Origin: Octopus vulgaris
Taxonomy: Eukaryota
Direction: 5' to 3'
Assembly (NCBI GenBank): GCA_951406725.2
Contig: OX597819.1
Coordinates: 104,408,001-104,472,000 of the forward strand
DNA length: 64,000 nucleotides
In this document: piece by piece, positions 12,777 to 28,243 of the stretch
Layout of the letters: each line of letters opens with the position of its first letter
Position numbering within the stretch: the stretch's first letter is position 1
Notes under the pieces: generated by a model
Told to the model about the DNA's origin: nothing
Seen by the model: the letters and a program-made list of their open reading frames with translations, nothing else
Database searches by the model: none
Position numbers and translations under genes: made by a program

Positions 12777-13129
12777 AGGCCTACTCTCAATCGGTGTAGT
12801 AGCACGTAATGGAGTCCCAAGCTATGAGTCAATTAGCATGTAAACCACTAGGAGTGAAGGACACCTAATTCTCGTTACAATCCCTTCCAGGAGAAGGTAA
12901 ATTCAAATTTGAGCAAAACTGAGTGTCAGTTGGCTTGTGGTCGTCTCAGCCTCCGTTGTACCACTGGCTTTATAGCTTATTGTGCTCAAAGTGGATTCAT
13001 CGCCGTGCAAAACTTTATTCATTCAAAACGAATTCTTGCACATCTTGAACTGTCGGAACATTTGCACCTTCACTGCGATGACTGTTTGATGTTTGATGTT
13101 GGTGGTCGGTGAATTCCTTGACATGTCTC

Positions 13130-13460
13130 CTTTAACTCTGAACTTTTACTAAACAACATTTTACTTGGCATGAATCATCTGAATTCAATTTCACTTACCT
13201 TTATTCCACACGACCGCACAATATCTCACTTCCCTCCTCTAAAGAGCACTCTACTACATTCTACATCACCCAATAAACTCTATTCCACTCTGCATTACTA
13301 TTACTTATCACAAATCACGCTACCCATCTTCATCAACTCTTCACCATTTTCCAGGCTATTGCGTGGTTGCACGATTTACAACAAACAGCATATAAATCTC
13401 CTTAAAATCCCTCTCCCAATGGTCTTCAAAGTGGGGAAGGGCACGTTATAGAATGCAGTT
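13130..13460 (+). mobile_element. Possible degraded Penelope-like RT fragment
   Basis: LHYY...NSSPFSRLLRGCTI resembles the PLE thumb motif LHY.S.HP....SIPFSQ.LR..RIC. Confidence 0.3.
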
Positions 13461-13838
13461 CTAGATACCGTTTTCAAACACAATGGTAATGTTTGGAATG
13501 CTTTTGATTCTATGACCGAGAACCATTCTATGGCTGAAACTAAATAGCCAGGAGCAAAACATAAGTATTACCATTACTTGTAGCATCACTCTGTTTCAAT
13601 CTACCCCTCAAGGTCTCGTAATTACACTCGTTTCCAGTCACCTCACCTCATTTCATTTTCATCCCTATTTTGCAGCTCATTTCCTTCCTCAGCTCGCCAA
13701 ACCCACCCCAAAAAATCTAAAAGGAAACACCAAGACATACTTACATATACATTAGCGCACAAGGACACCAAATAGTTATGATCCTCATCTTCATCATGAT
13801 CATCTCATCAATAGCCTCATCATTATAAACAGACTTAT

Positions 13839-13842
<4 letters not shown>

Positions 13843-13892
<50 letters not shown>

Positions 13893-14031
13893 TATCATCA
13901 TCGTCGTCGTCTTTGTCGTCGTCGTCCTCATCAATGTCATCGCCGCTGTCGTCATCGTCTTTGTTGTAATCATCATCTATATCAACAGCCTCAGCATCGC
14001 CGTCATTCTCCTCCTCATCATCATCATCATC

Positions 14032-14094
<63 letters not shown>

Positions 14095-14240
14095 TTCATC
14101 TTAATCATCATCATCAACAGCAGCAGCAGCATCACTGCCGTCGTCATCAACATCCCTATCGCCTGATCATCATCACTATCAGCTTCATCATCATCATCAC
14201 CCTCATCACCCCAGCCCTCCTTCTCATCATCATCATCATT
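13843..14240. repeat. (CAT)n-rich array
   Basis: Direct reading. Confidence 0.9.
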
Positions 14241-14817
14241 GTACTCAGATTTATCACCGTTGTCTCTACTAAAGATGGCAGTGTGCGTCAGTGTGTGCAG
14301 ATGTATGTGTATATCATTATGTATGTAAATGTGAGTATCTCTGTGCGTAAGGGAACGTTTATGTGTAGATGTATGTGAAAGTGAATGTGTATGTGTATGC
14401 ATAAGCGCGTAGATACACGTACATACACGTACATACACACTTACATACACACGCGCACGCGCGCACATACACACGCGAGCACACGCGCACACATACACAC
14501 GCGCACACGCGCACACATACACACGCACGCACATAGTTATATGAATATTTTAAAATCTGTCTGTGTTCTGCTTACGTAGGTTTATGTGTATACGTACATG
14601 TAGGTGTATGTGTAAATGTGTAAATTTATGGATATGTTTAGATGCATTTACGCATATGTTTATGTATGTGTTTTTGTTTGTGTACTGAGAGGATAAACTT
14701 GAAATTTATAACTAAAATAAAGATAAATGTGAAAGATGGGTAATATAAAGAAAAGTTAATAAATATCACATCAATAAAATAAAATGTAAAGAACAAGTAG
14801 TATGAAAATACATCGAA

Positions 14818-14831
14818 ATAATAATAATAAC

Positions 14832-14911
<80 letters not shown>

Positions 14912-14916
14912 TAATC

Positions 14917-14985
<69 letters not shown>
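14818..14985. repeat. (AAT)n array with no inserted element
   Basis: Direct reading. Confidence 0.95.
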
Positions 14986-16025
14986 GTAAATAAAATGTAT
15001 GAATAATAACAGAAACTGAAAAAAATTGACAGAAATTAAAGTAAACAAAATCGTAAATATAAAAATATATATAAAAAGATGACTGTAGAATATGAATAAC
15101 AACAGCAACAACAAAAATAATAATTTTCTTCCTGTTTTATTGTGTAGTTTTTGAATAATAAAATAAAATCCGATATAAAATATAATAATACGATAATAAT
15201 AACGATAATGATAATAATAATATTAATAATCAAAATAATCTCTTTATGTCATTTATTGTTTATTGATTTATTTAAAAGAGCATAATAGTAAATATACTGA
15301 TAAATAATAAATACGAAGATGAAAATATTAATAAATGTTTAAAATGATAATAAGATATAAAAAATGCAATAAAGATGGTAGCTCAATGAAAAGCGCAAGG
15401 CAATGTTTACTGGCTTTTAATTCATTTGACTGGATATATATGTTTATTTATTTCTTTAGGAAAATAAAAAAAAAAAAGAAATCATCTGTTTATATATATT
15501 TTGTACCATTTTTTTCTTTAAAATTTTCTTTCCTTTCACGTTTATCAAATGACATATTTTGCTCCAGGAGTATAATAATAATGAAATTAAGAAGAAATGA
15601 CAAAAAAAAAACAAAGAGAGAGAGAGAAAAAGAAATAGTTATAACAACAACAGTATAAAAGCACTGACAAGTAAATACAAAGACAACGATATAAACAGTA
15701 CAAACAACAACGATAACAATAACAACAACAAGGATATCAAGAACTAGAAAAACAGCGATGAAGAACCGGAAAAATCTGTGATAAAAGCAGTGAAAGAAAC
15801 ACCATATGAAGACTATTAGATTACGCCATTAAAAATAGATTTTGGAAATGAAGATGGAGGAAACAATTTTCTGAATGATTTCAATATGTCTTTGAAAGAT
15901 TCCTTGATTAGTTACATTTTTAAAAAAATTATTTTTCATTTTTTTCTTTGTAATTTCTTATTTTATATTTGAAAAATAATTAAATATAAAAAATTAGGGC
16001 GTGGTGTATGTATATGTGATTCTGC

Positions 16026-16290
<265 letters not shown>

Positions 16291-19235
16291 AAGTTGTTGA
16301 TACGCTAGTGTGTGGGATAGTGTGTTGGTGTGTGATTTCTGTAATATTAATTTCAATTTAGAAGTTGAAGTGTTGTTTATTTCCTTGTCTTTCATATTTC
16401 TCTTCGTTTTGTTTGTTACTTTCTGTATGTGTTTATTTTGCGGTGTGTATTTGTGTGTTTGCTTTGCAGAGTATATTTGTGTTTGTGTTTGTGTTTGTGT
16501 GTATGTGTGTTTCTTTGCGTGTCTATGTGTGTTTGTTTGTGGTGTGTTGGTGTGTATTTCATTTGTTTAATAGTATCTCTCGATGGTTCTATATTTGCTT
16601 GATAAACTCTTTGTTTATTTGACTGTCTGTTTGACAATTTTCTTCACTATTTTGCCCTTTAATCTCCCCACTCAATGTCCTTATCTGTCGTTATGCTCAA
16701 CCCTATCTCCTCCCTTCTCTTTGCTAGCAATAATTGCTGCACTGTGTCAATATTTTCATAAAAATTGAAATATGATATTTTGATAAAGAACACTTCTACA
16801 ACTCCACCTCCCTGCATCGTTCTGCAACGCTCTGTAGCTCTACCAAGCTTTCAATTAAGAGAAGTGTCACATAAGAGTCAACGTGTTAAAGGAGAATTTA
16901 ATTTGTTTGGTTTTGTTTTCGTTGATAAGGCGTTGTCGTAAAAGAGCCGGGGTGACATGAAAAATGTTCTCTTTTATAAACGAAACTGCTACAAAAGCAC
17001 TGCGGCTTAATTTGTCTCCAAAGAGAAATCAAACGTTTTAAGTTATATGAGCATGTTTTTATGGACTTGTCTGAGTAGGCGGAGCAGTTGTATATGGCTT
17101 GCAAGGGTCATATCTGACAGTAACAGTGGAGTTTAAGAGAGAGAATGCAGCGAGTGGTTTAATAATACGCTTTGAAAAGTCTCAATGGTAAAATATATGA
17201 CGCGAGGTTCGCAAAGTATTTTCTCTTTCGAATATCGGCCACATGTGTGGTGTTGGAACATATGTTTCTGTGTATCGGATTTTCATTGTTTGGTCAATAT
17301 TAATGATGTGATTGATAGTGCCGTCTAATTTTCCAACATGTGATATTATGGATTAACTTATGTGTATTCTCCCTTATAAACAATGAAGTGAATTTTGTTG
17401 ATTATTCGGCAGTTAATTCTTGCAGGTCGATCTGCAACTTAAACACTCCTTTACCTGAATCAGACTTACGCAAACAGTATTAATCGTAAGTAATATTTGA
17501 GTTTCCGGTTACGAGAAAATGTGGGTATATGAAAGTATTGATGGAAAATACTGTATAATGTGGAATGTTTACAAGGGAAGGGTGGGATGGAGTTATGCGT
17601 AAATATTTCGAAAAAAGAAAATTTCTTGTAAATAGATTGAAGACATTGTAAAATATAATCTAAAAATGGTCAATAGAGAAACATCAGTCGGCCTCAATTT
17701 TTTCTTTGTTTCTTTTTAAAAACTATTCTTTAACTTTGTCTCTATCGCACTTCCAACGACATCTCACAAACACCAACTTAACCTCTACAACGACAACCAT
17801 CGTCTACCACGTCACCTATACCACAACCTCAATGCAGAGACTACATCCCCAGCTCACATCTCTTCGAAGTCAATTTTGCTTTCAATTCTTTAGATGTTGA
17901 GAAATAAAATACTAATCAAAGGGTGTGAATTGTTGGAACTGTAAGGACGTCGAAAGAGATGCTTTGCAGTATTTGTTCAGGCTCCTTGAGGCCTGAATTC
18001 AAATACCTTCATAGCTTATTTGCGTAGTAGACTTAATCCGCCGTCAGGTTTAATACATCCGCCTGGCAGTTTGTGTGTCTTTAGCAGAGCCCGTTCTGTT
18101 GCATGTATTCGGGCTAGTTCTCCGTTTAAGGATGACTTCTTTCCTCGCACCTACTAATCTCGAAAACTCTGTAAAGGTTTATGGACACTTTCTTTCCTCC
18201 AGACCCAAAGAAAATATACCCTACAAATACCACTTATATCTCCAACACCAGCCCCAGCATCAGCACAAGTACCAGTGGCACCACCAACATCCCTTCCATT
18301 ACCAGCACCACCAGCACCTCCTCCATTAACCATAATTAAACAATATTATTCTATGACCAATATCGTTTATAATTTTTTTCGACAAATAAGAGAGTCAACT
18401 TCGAATAAGTTTATTCCTTATTTGATATGCTTCGTGAAAATGCCTTCTTCACTATATTTTTATTCAATGTGACCATAATTATTAAATCAAAAAATACACA
18501 AATAGATTTAACTATTAGTTGACTAAAGTTAGATATCTTTATGAAGAATTAACCATTTTACTGCTATCACTCCAAAATATCCCGAAGCGACGTACATTTC
18601 AAATTGGAATAAACGTATACTGCATACTTGCAGTAGATAAATTGTTACCTCACTTCTAAAATATAGAATTTGCAGTCATTATTTCGCATCTATAAGAATT
18701 TGCATTAGGTTTGACGTTTATAGAGTTCAGCCATGCTTGAGTACATTTTATCGACTTCAAAAAAGATGAAAGGTGAAGTTGATTACGGCGGAATTTAAAC
18801 TCCGAGAACATTCCTTACGTTGATTTGGTGGCATTGGTGATGTGGTTGCTGGTAGATGTATTCGAGGTTATTTGGGGGGTTTTAATGGAGTTGTTGATTA
18901 TAGTGATGGTAGTAGTGCTGCGAGTATCGGTGGTCATATTGATGGCGATACTATCGGAGATGGGTTTCGTGGTGTGTGGTGCTGTTTGAACTGTTAATAG
19001 CTGCGTAATAGTGGTGTTGCTGGGAGTGGGGTAATTTTTCAGTGCAATAATAGTTGATTTTAATGGCAATATTTTTATAATTAATCGACTGATTATTAAT
19101 TTAGTATCTATCGAAACACTATGGTGAGCCCACATTACTCCCCAAGAAGCGTAGGGCCAGTTTCCTGGTTTCTCTGGCGTATATATTACTATCTGAACCT
19201 CTAAATGTAATAGTGTTTAGTTGAATACCAATAAA

Positions 19236-19239
<4 letters not shown>

Positions 19240-19268
<29 letters not shown>

Positions 19269-19475
19269 TGTATGTATGTATGTATGTATGTATGTATGTA
19301 TGTATGTATGTGTGTATGTATGTACGTATGTATGTATGTATGTTTGAATGTATGTATGTATGTGTGTATGTGTGTGTGTATCTATCTGTGTCTTTCTCTT
19401 TCCTTCTCTTTCTCTTCATCTCTCTCTCTCCCTCTCTCTTTCTCTCTTTCTCTCTCTCTCACTCTCTCTCTCTCT

Positions 19476-19564
<89 letters not shown>

Positions 19565-19585
19565 TAATATATACATATATATATG
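19240..19585. repeat. (TATG)n/(TC)n/(TA)n compound microsatellite
   Basis: Direct reading. Confidence 0.9.
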
Positions 19586-21659
19586 AATGTCTGTTGATAT
19601 GCATATATACAAAGATATGACAACCAGAGGCTATAGTAAATGTAGCGGGATAGTAGTATCCGGGACCTCGTGGCTGAGAAGCAAAGCCCTTTGCTGCTGA
19701 GTCATGCCTACGTAAATATGAGAGACTTCGGTGATCAGAAACTGTAAAAATTGAAGTCGGAATCATGTCTGTAATCCAAAAGCTCCAATCTTATCATACT
19801 GAGTCACGTTTTTATATTTGAAAATTACTACAAGGGTACACGAGTTTGTGGAGTACTCTGCCGCTTCTCATGCGAGTTCCATATATATACCGATTTTGCT
19901 TCAGAAGAATCCATATGTACCTGTCTATATGCATCTAAGTGCAGAATTTTCCTTATATGTGTATGCTTATATATAAATACAACCATATATACGTATACAT
20001 GCATTCGATGTGTGTATACTTGCTTGCATATAATTATGTATGTAAGAATATATGTATGTACGCATGAATAATTCATGCTTAGATAATGTATGTATATATG
20101 GATGTATGTCTGCATGCATTTCGTTATGTTTGTATATGCACCTGCGTGTATATATATTTATATATATATGATTATGTGTATATATACACTTACAAGCTTG
20201 TAATTACGTATGAGTGCTGGCATGCATGTACTTATATATACTCGTATGTGTATATGTATGCATGTATTTATGCGTGAATGTGTGTACGAATAAATGTATG
20301 CCTCTTTCTGTGCTTGCAAGCAAATAGTCATGTATGTTTACATTATGTACGTTAGCATTGTGCGTGCTTGCATGCATGTATGCATGTGTATATGTATTGA
20401 TGTATGCACGGATATATAAGTGCATGCGTTTGGATGCATGTACTATGCAAATGTGTGTGTACGGATATATGCATAGATATATGCATATATGTGTTTCGAT
20501 GCATGTATGTATATGCATATATGTGTTTCGATGCATGTATGTATATGCATATATGTGTGTATAGGAATGATTAAGCATGTGAGCTGATGACATTTTTCAC
20601 TTCTCAGATTTGATGAACCAAAGAATTGTAATTAAATAAGTAATCAGTGCTGTTTGTTAATTAGGTTAACATTATTAGTGGTGATGCTGGTGTGGAGGGC
20701 GGTGATATGCGTGTCTGCATATGCGTATAATTATATGTGAATATGAATGTACATATTGATATAGCCTTGTTCTCCCTTTCTCTCTCTTTCTCTCTCTCTT
20801 TCAACCCCTCTCTCTCTCTCTCTCCTTCTCTTGTTCTTAGATATGTACCTACGCATATATGTAAATACATACACACATACATGAATGTGTGTGTTTCATA
20901 AATGAGGCACGTGTGTATGTGTGTATATAAAACTGTATGTGAATACGATTAAGCATATTGGTATAGAGTTCAGCTATGTATATGGGTGCCTAGCTTTATG
21001 ATTCTAAAATCTGTGTTGTTGTGATATTGTGTTTTATAAAGATGCATAGAGTGATATTACTCACACAAGTACACGCATGAATACACACACATACAACAAA
21101 TAATATGTGAGAGGATATAACTCTGAATGTGCATTTAGCGGTACTATATATGCATGATGGACTCTCTCGTCCAAGACAACGTATGAGTATTCGACGTTTT
21201 CCAAACGACCTGCACCAGTGATTTATTTATAGTGATCAAATGTTCGTGATCCACAGCTTACTCTCTTCATCACATCAACATTGTCTGAACAGGTGTACTG
21301 TGTACAACGCGTCAGGTGTCAAAGTGATCAGTCAGGGAATTGAGCTATCCAGCTCAAGAACTCCCTTAACATAAATCTTTTGGTTGCTCTCTCACTCACA
21401 TCAATACGACGAATATTTTCGGTCACAACATCACTCTTACCTTTGCTATTTCGAACGGACGTCCATTTGCTCCCTACCTCTCCAATTCGTGTGTGCTACA
21501 CCACACCTACAATCTCTTTCATTTTTAAACAGATCCTCGCCACTCAAATCATTTTTCTCACGCTCGATTTCCTTCCTCCCGAAACTATTCGTTGAGTAAC
21601 CTAAACAATGGCATCCACCAAGTTGTTTATCATCATTCGGCGTTGACCACTGATACTTT

Positions 21660-21900
21660 AAACTCTCCCACTAGCGATGTTAAAGGTAACAAGGAGTCTT
21701 AAAATCCTCAAGATATAGATGCATAAGGTGTTACAGACTGCCAGAATGATGTATGCTCCTTCCTGATAGAACCTCTGAAGGCATTATTTCAGCTTTCTAA
21801 GAAATCAACCCCGCCTTTATGAACATTCAACTTGCCTTTGTAAATGTCCCTCTAATGATTCCTGTGCCTTTTTTCTATTCACTGTTTTACATGCAACTGA
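21660..21900 (+). mobile_element. Possible degraded CR1/L2-like RT fragment
   Basis: VCSFLIEPLKALFQLS resembles RT domain-0 L..PL..LF..S. Confidence 0.25.
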
Positions 21901-23160
21901 CACTTCGGTACTCAACATTTGATCTAGAATGCCAGGAGCAAATGAAAATTTGTGGGAATATTTTTTTAAAACTCAAGTCATATTCGATTACCTGTCACAG
22001 CCTTGAGAAAGGGAGAGTGAAGGTAAGAGAAAAATAGAGATAGAGAGGGAGCAAGAGAGAGCGAGAGAGAGTGTGTGTGTGTGTGTGAGTGTGTGTGTGT
22101 GAGATAGAGAGAGAGCAAGAGAGAGAGCAAGAGAGAGAGAGGGGGGAGAGAAAGAAAGAGTGTGTGCGACACATTCTGATCACTACAATCAATACTCCTC
22201 TTCATGACGTTAACTTTGTGGAATCCCCTTTTGTCCATTCAAAACTGGCCAGACAAAGAGAATAAGTGTTCCTAACATCTGTGTTCATTCTCAAATGTTA
22301 GCAACATGTGGACTCTACTAAAGGCGACACTCAAGGTCCAGATAGCGGGGTCAGTTAAATTAGACGTAGGATTATATCGATCCCCCAAAACAGGCAGTAT
22401 CTCTTTAATCGACTTCCATGCCTTTTCTTTTAGGATACGGCGAGCAGCGGGTATGCTACAAGAGACTTGCCAATGTGTTGTGCAGAGGAATTCAACATGA
22501 AACACGGTAGTTGCGAAGCAAAACTCTTGATCACCCTGTCACGGCTCCCGCTCAAATATTCAAGCTCAGTATTAATCGTACCAATCTCGCTATGGTCAAC
22601 AGGATTCATGAATATTGGTCTTGCATCATGACACCACTATAGAATCATCAATATCAATATATATCGATATGTCACCGGCGTTACAGTTAGCGTTATGATC
22701 ATTACTAGGATCAACGGTATCATCAACTACATATAAAATACCATCTCCCCCACTTCCGCCGCCGCCACTGCCGCCACAACTGCCGCCGTCACTCCCGCCG
22801 CCACCGCCGCTGCCCCCCCCCCCACCACCACTACCGCCGCAACAACAATAATCACAACTATAACTACCGCACCACCAGCTTCAAAACAACAGTCACAATA
22901 ACCAGGATAACTACTCTCACACTACCACGGCTACAACCACCTCCACACCCCGACTACAATCCCGACCGTCACAACCGCCACCATCACCACCACAACAACA
23001 ACAACCATAACAATCATCAAACAAATTTTCTACTATTGCCATCATTAAAACAAGGGCAAAAAGAACAACCTCATCGCATACCATCATTACTATCATCATC
23101 ACATCGGCCACTACCACACCGCTACGAGTACCACTGCCATCACTGCCACCGTTATGAAAT

Positions 23161-23209
<49 letters not shown>

Positions 23210-23335
23210 CTACAGAAGATCACGTTCTTTTCAAGTGAAAATAGTAATACTGGAAATTATAATGGCGAAGCCAATGATGATGATGATCATGCTGATGCTG
23301 ATGATGCTAATGATGATGACAATGATGATGATAAA

Positions 23336-23417
<82 letters not shown>

Positions 23418-23419
<2 letters not shown>

Positions 23420-23625
23420 CCTTTCTACTATAGGCATAAGGCCTAGAATTTGTAGGAATAGTCGATCACATCTACCCCAGTACTCAAATGGTACTAAATT
23501 TATCGACTCCCCAAAAGATGGAAGGCAAAGTCGACCTCGGCGGCATTTGAACTCAGGACGTAACGACGGAGGAAATACCGCTAAGCATTTAGTACAGCGT
23601 GCTAACGATTCTGCCAGCTCGCCGC
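23418..23625 (-). mobile_element. Meta-core SINE, full length, with (ATT)n tail at ~23336-23417
   Basis: Reverse complement of head, core and tagaaaggattatt tail. Confidence 0.85.
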
Positions 23626-23664
23626 GTTAATAATAATGATAACAACAACAACAACAACAACAGC

Positions 23665-23734
<70 letters not shown>

Positions 23735-24264
23735 TACAAAAGGCGGACGCCTATATTCTCCACAGCGTAATGTTATCTCATAATAACAACATAACGGCCA
23801 CGACGACACCACCACCACCAACAACAACAACAACAACAACAAATACAGCAGTAACCTGACAAGAACAGCAGAATCAACAACAAAATACCACATAGATGAT
23901 AATGATAACAATATCCGTGTATAAATAAATATATAAATAAGTACCTAAATAAAAGATATTTGAAGACGCTAAATAAAAAAATGAGACAACGACTTTAAGA
24001 TCTCATTCCTTTGTTTGTACGTGAATGATTGCTAATCTGAAGGTTTGTTTGTGCGACATGTTTCTAATTTTTTTATTGTTGTTCGCCATAATTGTTAATC
24101 CGTTCCTGAATGGTGGGAATATATTGACAAGTTTAAAGCTCCTTAGGAATAAATTGACTCATAGAAAATTTTGAATAGACAATACATATATGCACATGTA
24201 TATCCATCGACATATGCATACATTTATATGTATACATATACATATACATACATACACATATATA

Positions 24265-24326
<62 letters not shown>

Positions 24327-24709
24327 AGTGTGTGTATGTATATGTAAATATATTTGTATGTATATATATATATATATATGTGTGTCTAAATATATGTCTC
24401 CCTTTCTCTGTATATATATATATATATAGGCAAGTCCGGAGAAATAGTTGTCTGAAGCCAAGCAGACGACAGCTTGTTCAACTAGTAGACATCATTTTTT
24501 TCTTTCGGGTTTGTAATTTATTTAAGCATTCATGTCTTCTTTTTGGCGATTGGGTAGAACTGGTGGTGGTGGCCGTTAGGATTAAGGTTAAGATCATTAA
24601 TAGAGAACTGTATTTAGGGACTTTAGATGTTTTACGCACACTTATGCACATACATACATACACATACATACACTTAAAATGATATTTATGAATGCATGCG
24701 TGTGAATGT

Positions 24710-24777
<68 letters not shown>

Positions 24778-24909
24778 ATTTTCACATTAAAACACTGACA
24801 TATTTGTAGATTTTCATAAAAGGATACATGTACTTTATGCGGGCATATAAAAATCCCGTACACATACGCGCGCGCTCACAAACACACACGTAATTATAAT
24901 TATATATAC

Positions 24910-24965
<56 letters not shown>

Positions 24966-25280
24966 TTGTGTGTGTATATGTGCGAATCATTCTCTGTCTC
25001 TGTATGCATTTATACATTACACTATATATCATGTATATGCATGTTTATATATATATATACATGTAAAATATATATATACACATATAAAATATATGTATAT
25101 ATTCATATGTATATATATATATAATATATATAGGTATGAATATATGCATATATGCATATATGTATGTATATATTACGTATGTCTGTCTGTGTGCGTGTAT
25201 GTATATTTGTATATATGCATCTATCTATCTATCTATCTATCTACCTATTTATTTATCAATCTATCTATCTATCTATCCAT

Positions 25281-25327
<47 letters not shown>

Positions 25328-25361
25328 TGTTGGCATCCTTTTTGTCTCGGGAGACAATGGA

Positions 25362-25414
<53 letters not shown>

Positions 25415-26471
25415 ATACGAAAATCTTGGTTTAGTAGAAAACTTTCGTTCAAAAAATATAATTTTCAACTAGAAAATACTTTGAAATGTTTACGTTTCAA
25501 TACTAAAATAAATACCTCTTTAAAATAAGATATATCTATCTGGTATACACACTTTGTTAAAGTAGTTTACCTTTTATTACTCTGTATGACTTTTTCACTT
25601 CTCATGTATAGCATCCGTTGTAATGTGTACTAACTTTTTCAGTGTATGGACCTTGTAGTCGAAATGTTATTAACCATTATAAATAATGCAGAAAAATACA
25701 TTAAGTTTTATATTTTCTATGATTATATTTTCACCTTCCTTTCATTATATAGCTTTTTTCTATTTCATTATTTCTTCATCAATGCCGATGGCCTGGATGA
25801 AACGTTAGAGCGTCGAACAAAATGTCAGGCTTTGTTTCTTCCAGGTCTTTATAGCTTCAAAGTTATCGTTGAATGTCACCCATTCTGTGTCGATAAAATA
25901 AAGTACCAGTTCAGTAATGGTTTTCATGTAATTGACTAATTCTCTCTCCTCAGAATTGTTGGCCTTGAGTCTAAATTCGTAACAATTCTTCGGAACTGAC
26001 GAAGCTGAAGCACCTGCTCCCCCTTTTTCAGTATTCAGATATGTTTCTCTGGGTAGGACAGCGGCATGTTGTGGGTAATGATGTGTAGGCGTGCACTGAG
26101 GCTACGACATCTCCAGGTTAACTTTGCCTTTCACATTCTCGCGGTCGATAAGTCCCAGTTCTGTTTAGGGTTCTATGTAAATTGACTAAGTCCTTTTCCC
26201 AAATCGCCTAGCCCTGTGTCTAAATTTGTCTGGTCAAGGTTGCTCAAAAGCTATTGCCTAGATTGAAAATTTCGTTGGTCAAGGAGAAAATGATTTCTTC
26301 TGTAAATTTTTAGTGATGATTTGCTACAATACGGTTATGAATAAAAACAAAAGCATGACAAGCATGATTCCTACTCATTTGGGCTGGTGTATGATAGAAA
26401 TGTAGCTATTGGATGTACCACCACAAATGGTGGTTATTGGCATCTGAACACGATAATATTAAGTATAATTA

Positions 26472-26703
26472 GGGTGGCGAGCTAGCAGAATCGTTAGCAC
26501 ACCGGGTGAAATGCTTAGCGGTATTTCGCCTGCCGTTACGTTCTGAGTTCAAATTCCGCCGAGGTCGACTTTGCCTTTCATCATTTCAGGGTCGATTAAA
26601 CAAGTACCAGTAACGCACTGGGGTTAATGTAATCGACTTAATTCGTTTGTTTGTCCTTGTTTGTCCTCTCTATGTTTATTCCCTTGTGGGCAATAAAGAA
26701 ATA
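26472..26703 (+). mobile_element. Meta-core SINE with 15-bp target-site duplication
   Basis: aatattaagtataat at 26455-26469 and 26704-26718. Confidence 0.9.
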
Positions 26704-26784
26704 AATATTAAGTATAATAATATTATATTATCCTATTTGATTTATAGAGGACATTAAATACATCATAGTAGCAGACATTAAATA

Positions 26785-28015
26785 CACCAAGGTGATCAAT
26801 CAGCACTAGTCTAAGGGAATATGAGGCTGTGACAGGAGCAGAAATTAATGAGGAGAAATCGCTAGGCCTGCAACTGGGCACCTAAAGAGGCAGGCCCATA
26901 GCATCCGATACCGTTACCGGCGCTGGACGGATGGACCATTTGAATTACTCGGGGTTTGCCTTGGTTTGGTCCAGACTTCCAGATTGACAAGTACTGGGAG
27001 AAGTTATCAAGCAGGATGGCTAGTCTAGTAAAGGTCTGGGTGTAGTAGGTGAATGCCTACTTTTGCCCAGCGTCATTACTGATCAAGATAGAGCGCTTGC
27101 ACTCTCTGGGGAGGGACATGTTCCGCTGGTTAGACAGTTTATTTTTTGGTATCAATATACGTGGCTATTTCAACATATGTTGATGCTGCGACATCTTTAG
27201 CTTTTCCTTGACGGTAAGCAGGTATGACGCCATTTGCCATTGTTCATCTCATTGATAGAGCGGCAGACATTGATAAGGCGTAAACCATGGCATGACACCT
27301 AGCATTTCAAGTGCTATTAGGCACTCTCAGCCTTTTGTCAGTCGGAAATGCGGTCGGTGGCTATTCTACTATGGCGTTCTATAGAGGATTAACGGTGGGT
27401 TAGAAGATCCACATCATTGGGGGTAAGTCAGAACATTGAAGAGAATCAACTGTCTGGTCTTTTCTGGAAGACTTTCGAGCCTCAGCCTATAGATAATTTC
27501 CATAAATACTTGTCCTGGCAGTTATACCGGGGTTATTGTCGGTTCAGTGTAAACTCTACAGGCATGGTAGTTACGACCAGCCACGCCTACCTAATATGCG
27601 AATCCCGTGACGAAGTTGTCTGGCACGGGCTCGTTGAGAGCTCAAACATTGATGAGATATATAAAGTTATGTTGAACAGCTGCTGTCACTTGTGGGACGG
27701 ATCCGGCTATCAGCCTTCTCCACCGTGATGATTGCTTCGTCCCTTCTTTAGGCCGGGAAAGACAGGCACTTCCCATTTTGGCCAAGCCATCATCAACATT
27801 TCTCAAGTTCCACTTAAAATGAATGTTGAGACTAGAATGGAAGAGACTTTTACTCCAACGAGTAAATTTGTCGAAAGGTAGATGAATGCAGAGAGAATGG
27901 TTCGAGTGACTGGGCCTATTATAAGCTTGTGCCTTTCGAGATAGAGTTGACTCAGAATCAGCGGCGTTCATTGAATGCATTTTGGTGTCAATGAGATGAG
28001 CTATGAAAGATGTAT
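26785..28015 (+). mobile_element. Tx1/L1-like LINE ORF2 remnant (RT end to zf-RVT-like region)
   Basis: LREYEAVTGAEINEEKSLGLQLG, WTDGPFELLGV, FWKTFEP..DNFHKYLSWQLYRG. Confidence 0.7.
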
Positions 28016-28034
28016 GAAAAATGGCGGTAACACC

Positions 28035-28220
28035 TGCTTACTGCCAAGAAAAAGCTGGAGATGTCACAGACTAAGCATATATCTGTCTTTACATTCTGAG
28101 TTCAAACGCCGCCAAGGTTAACTTTACCGTCCATTTTTCCGGGGTTGATAAAATAAGTGCCACTTGAACACTGGCATCGATGTAAACAATTTACCCCCTC
28201 TTCCGAAATTGCTGGCTTTG
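28035..28220 (+). mobile_element. Meta-core SINE (diverged) followed by (TTA)n
   Basis: ctgagttcaaacgccgcc..ggggttgataaaataagtgcc. Confidence 0.7.
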
Positions 28221-28243
28221 TTATTATTATTATTATTATTATT

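Noticed and set aside
17706-17900. Second Penelope-like RT trace
   Set aside because: The similarity is too faint to support without an HMM search.
25640-25675. gac-cttgta-gtc-gaaa, a second hammerhead-like relic
   Set aside because: The CUGANGA core is absent.
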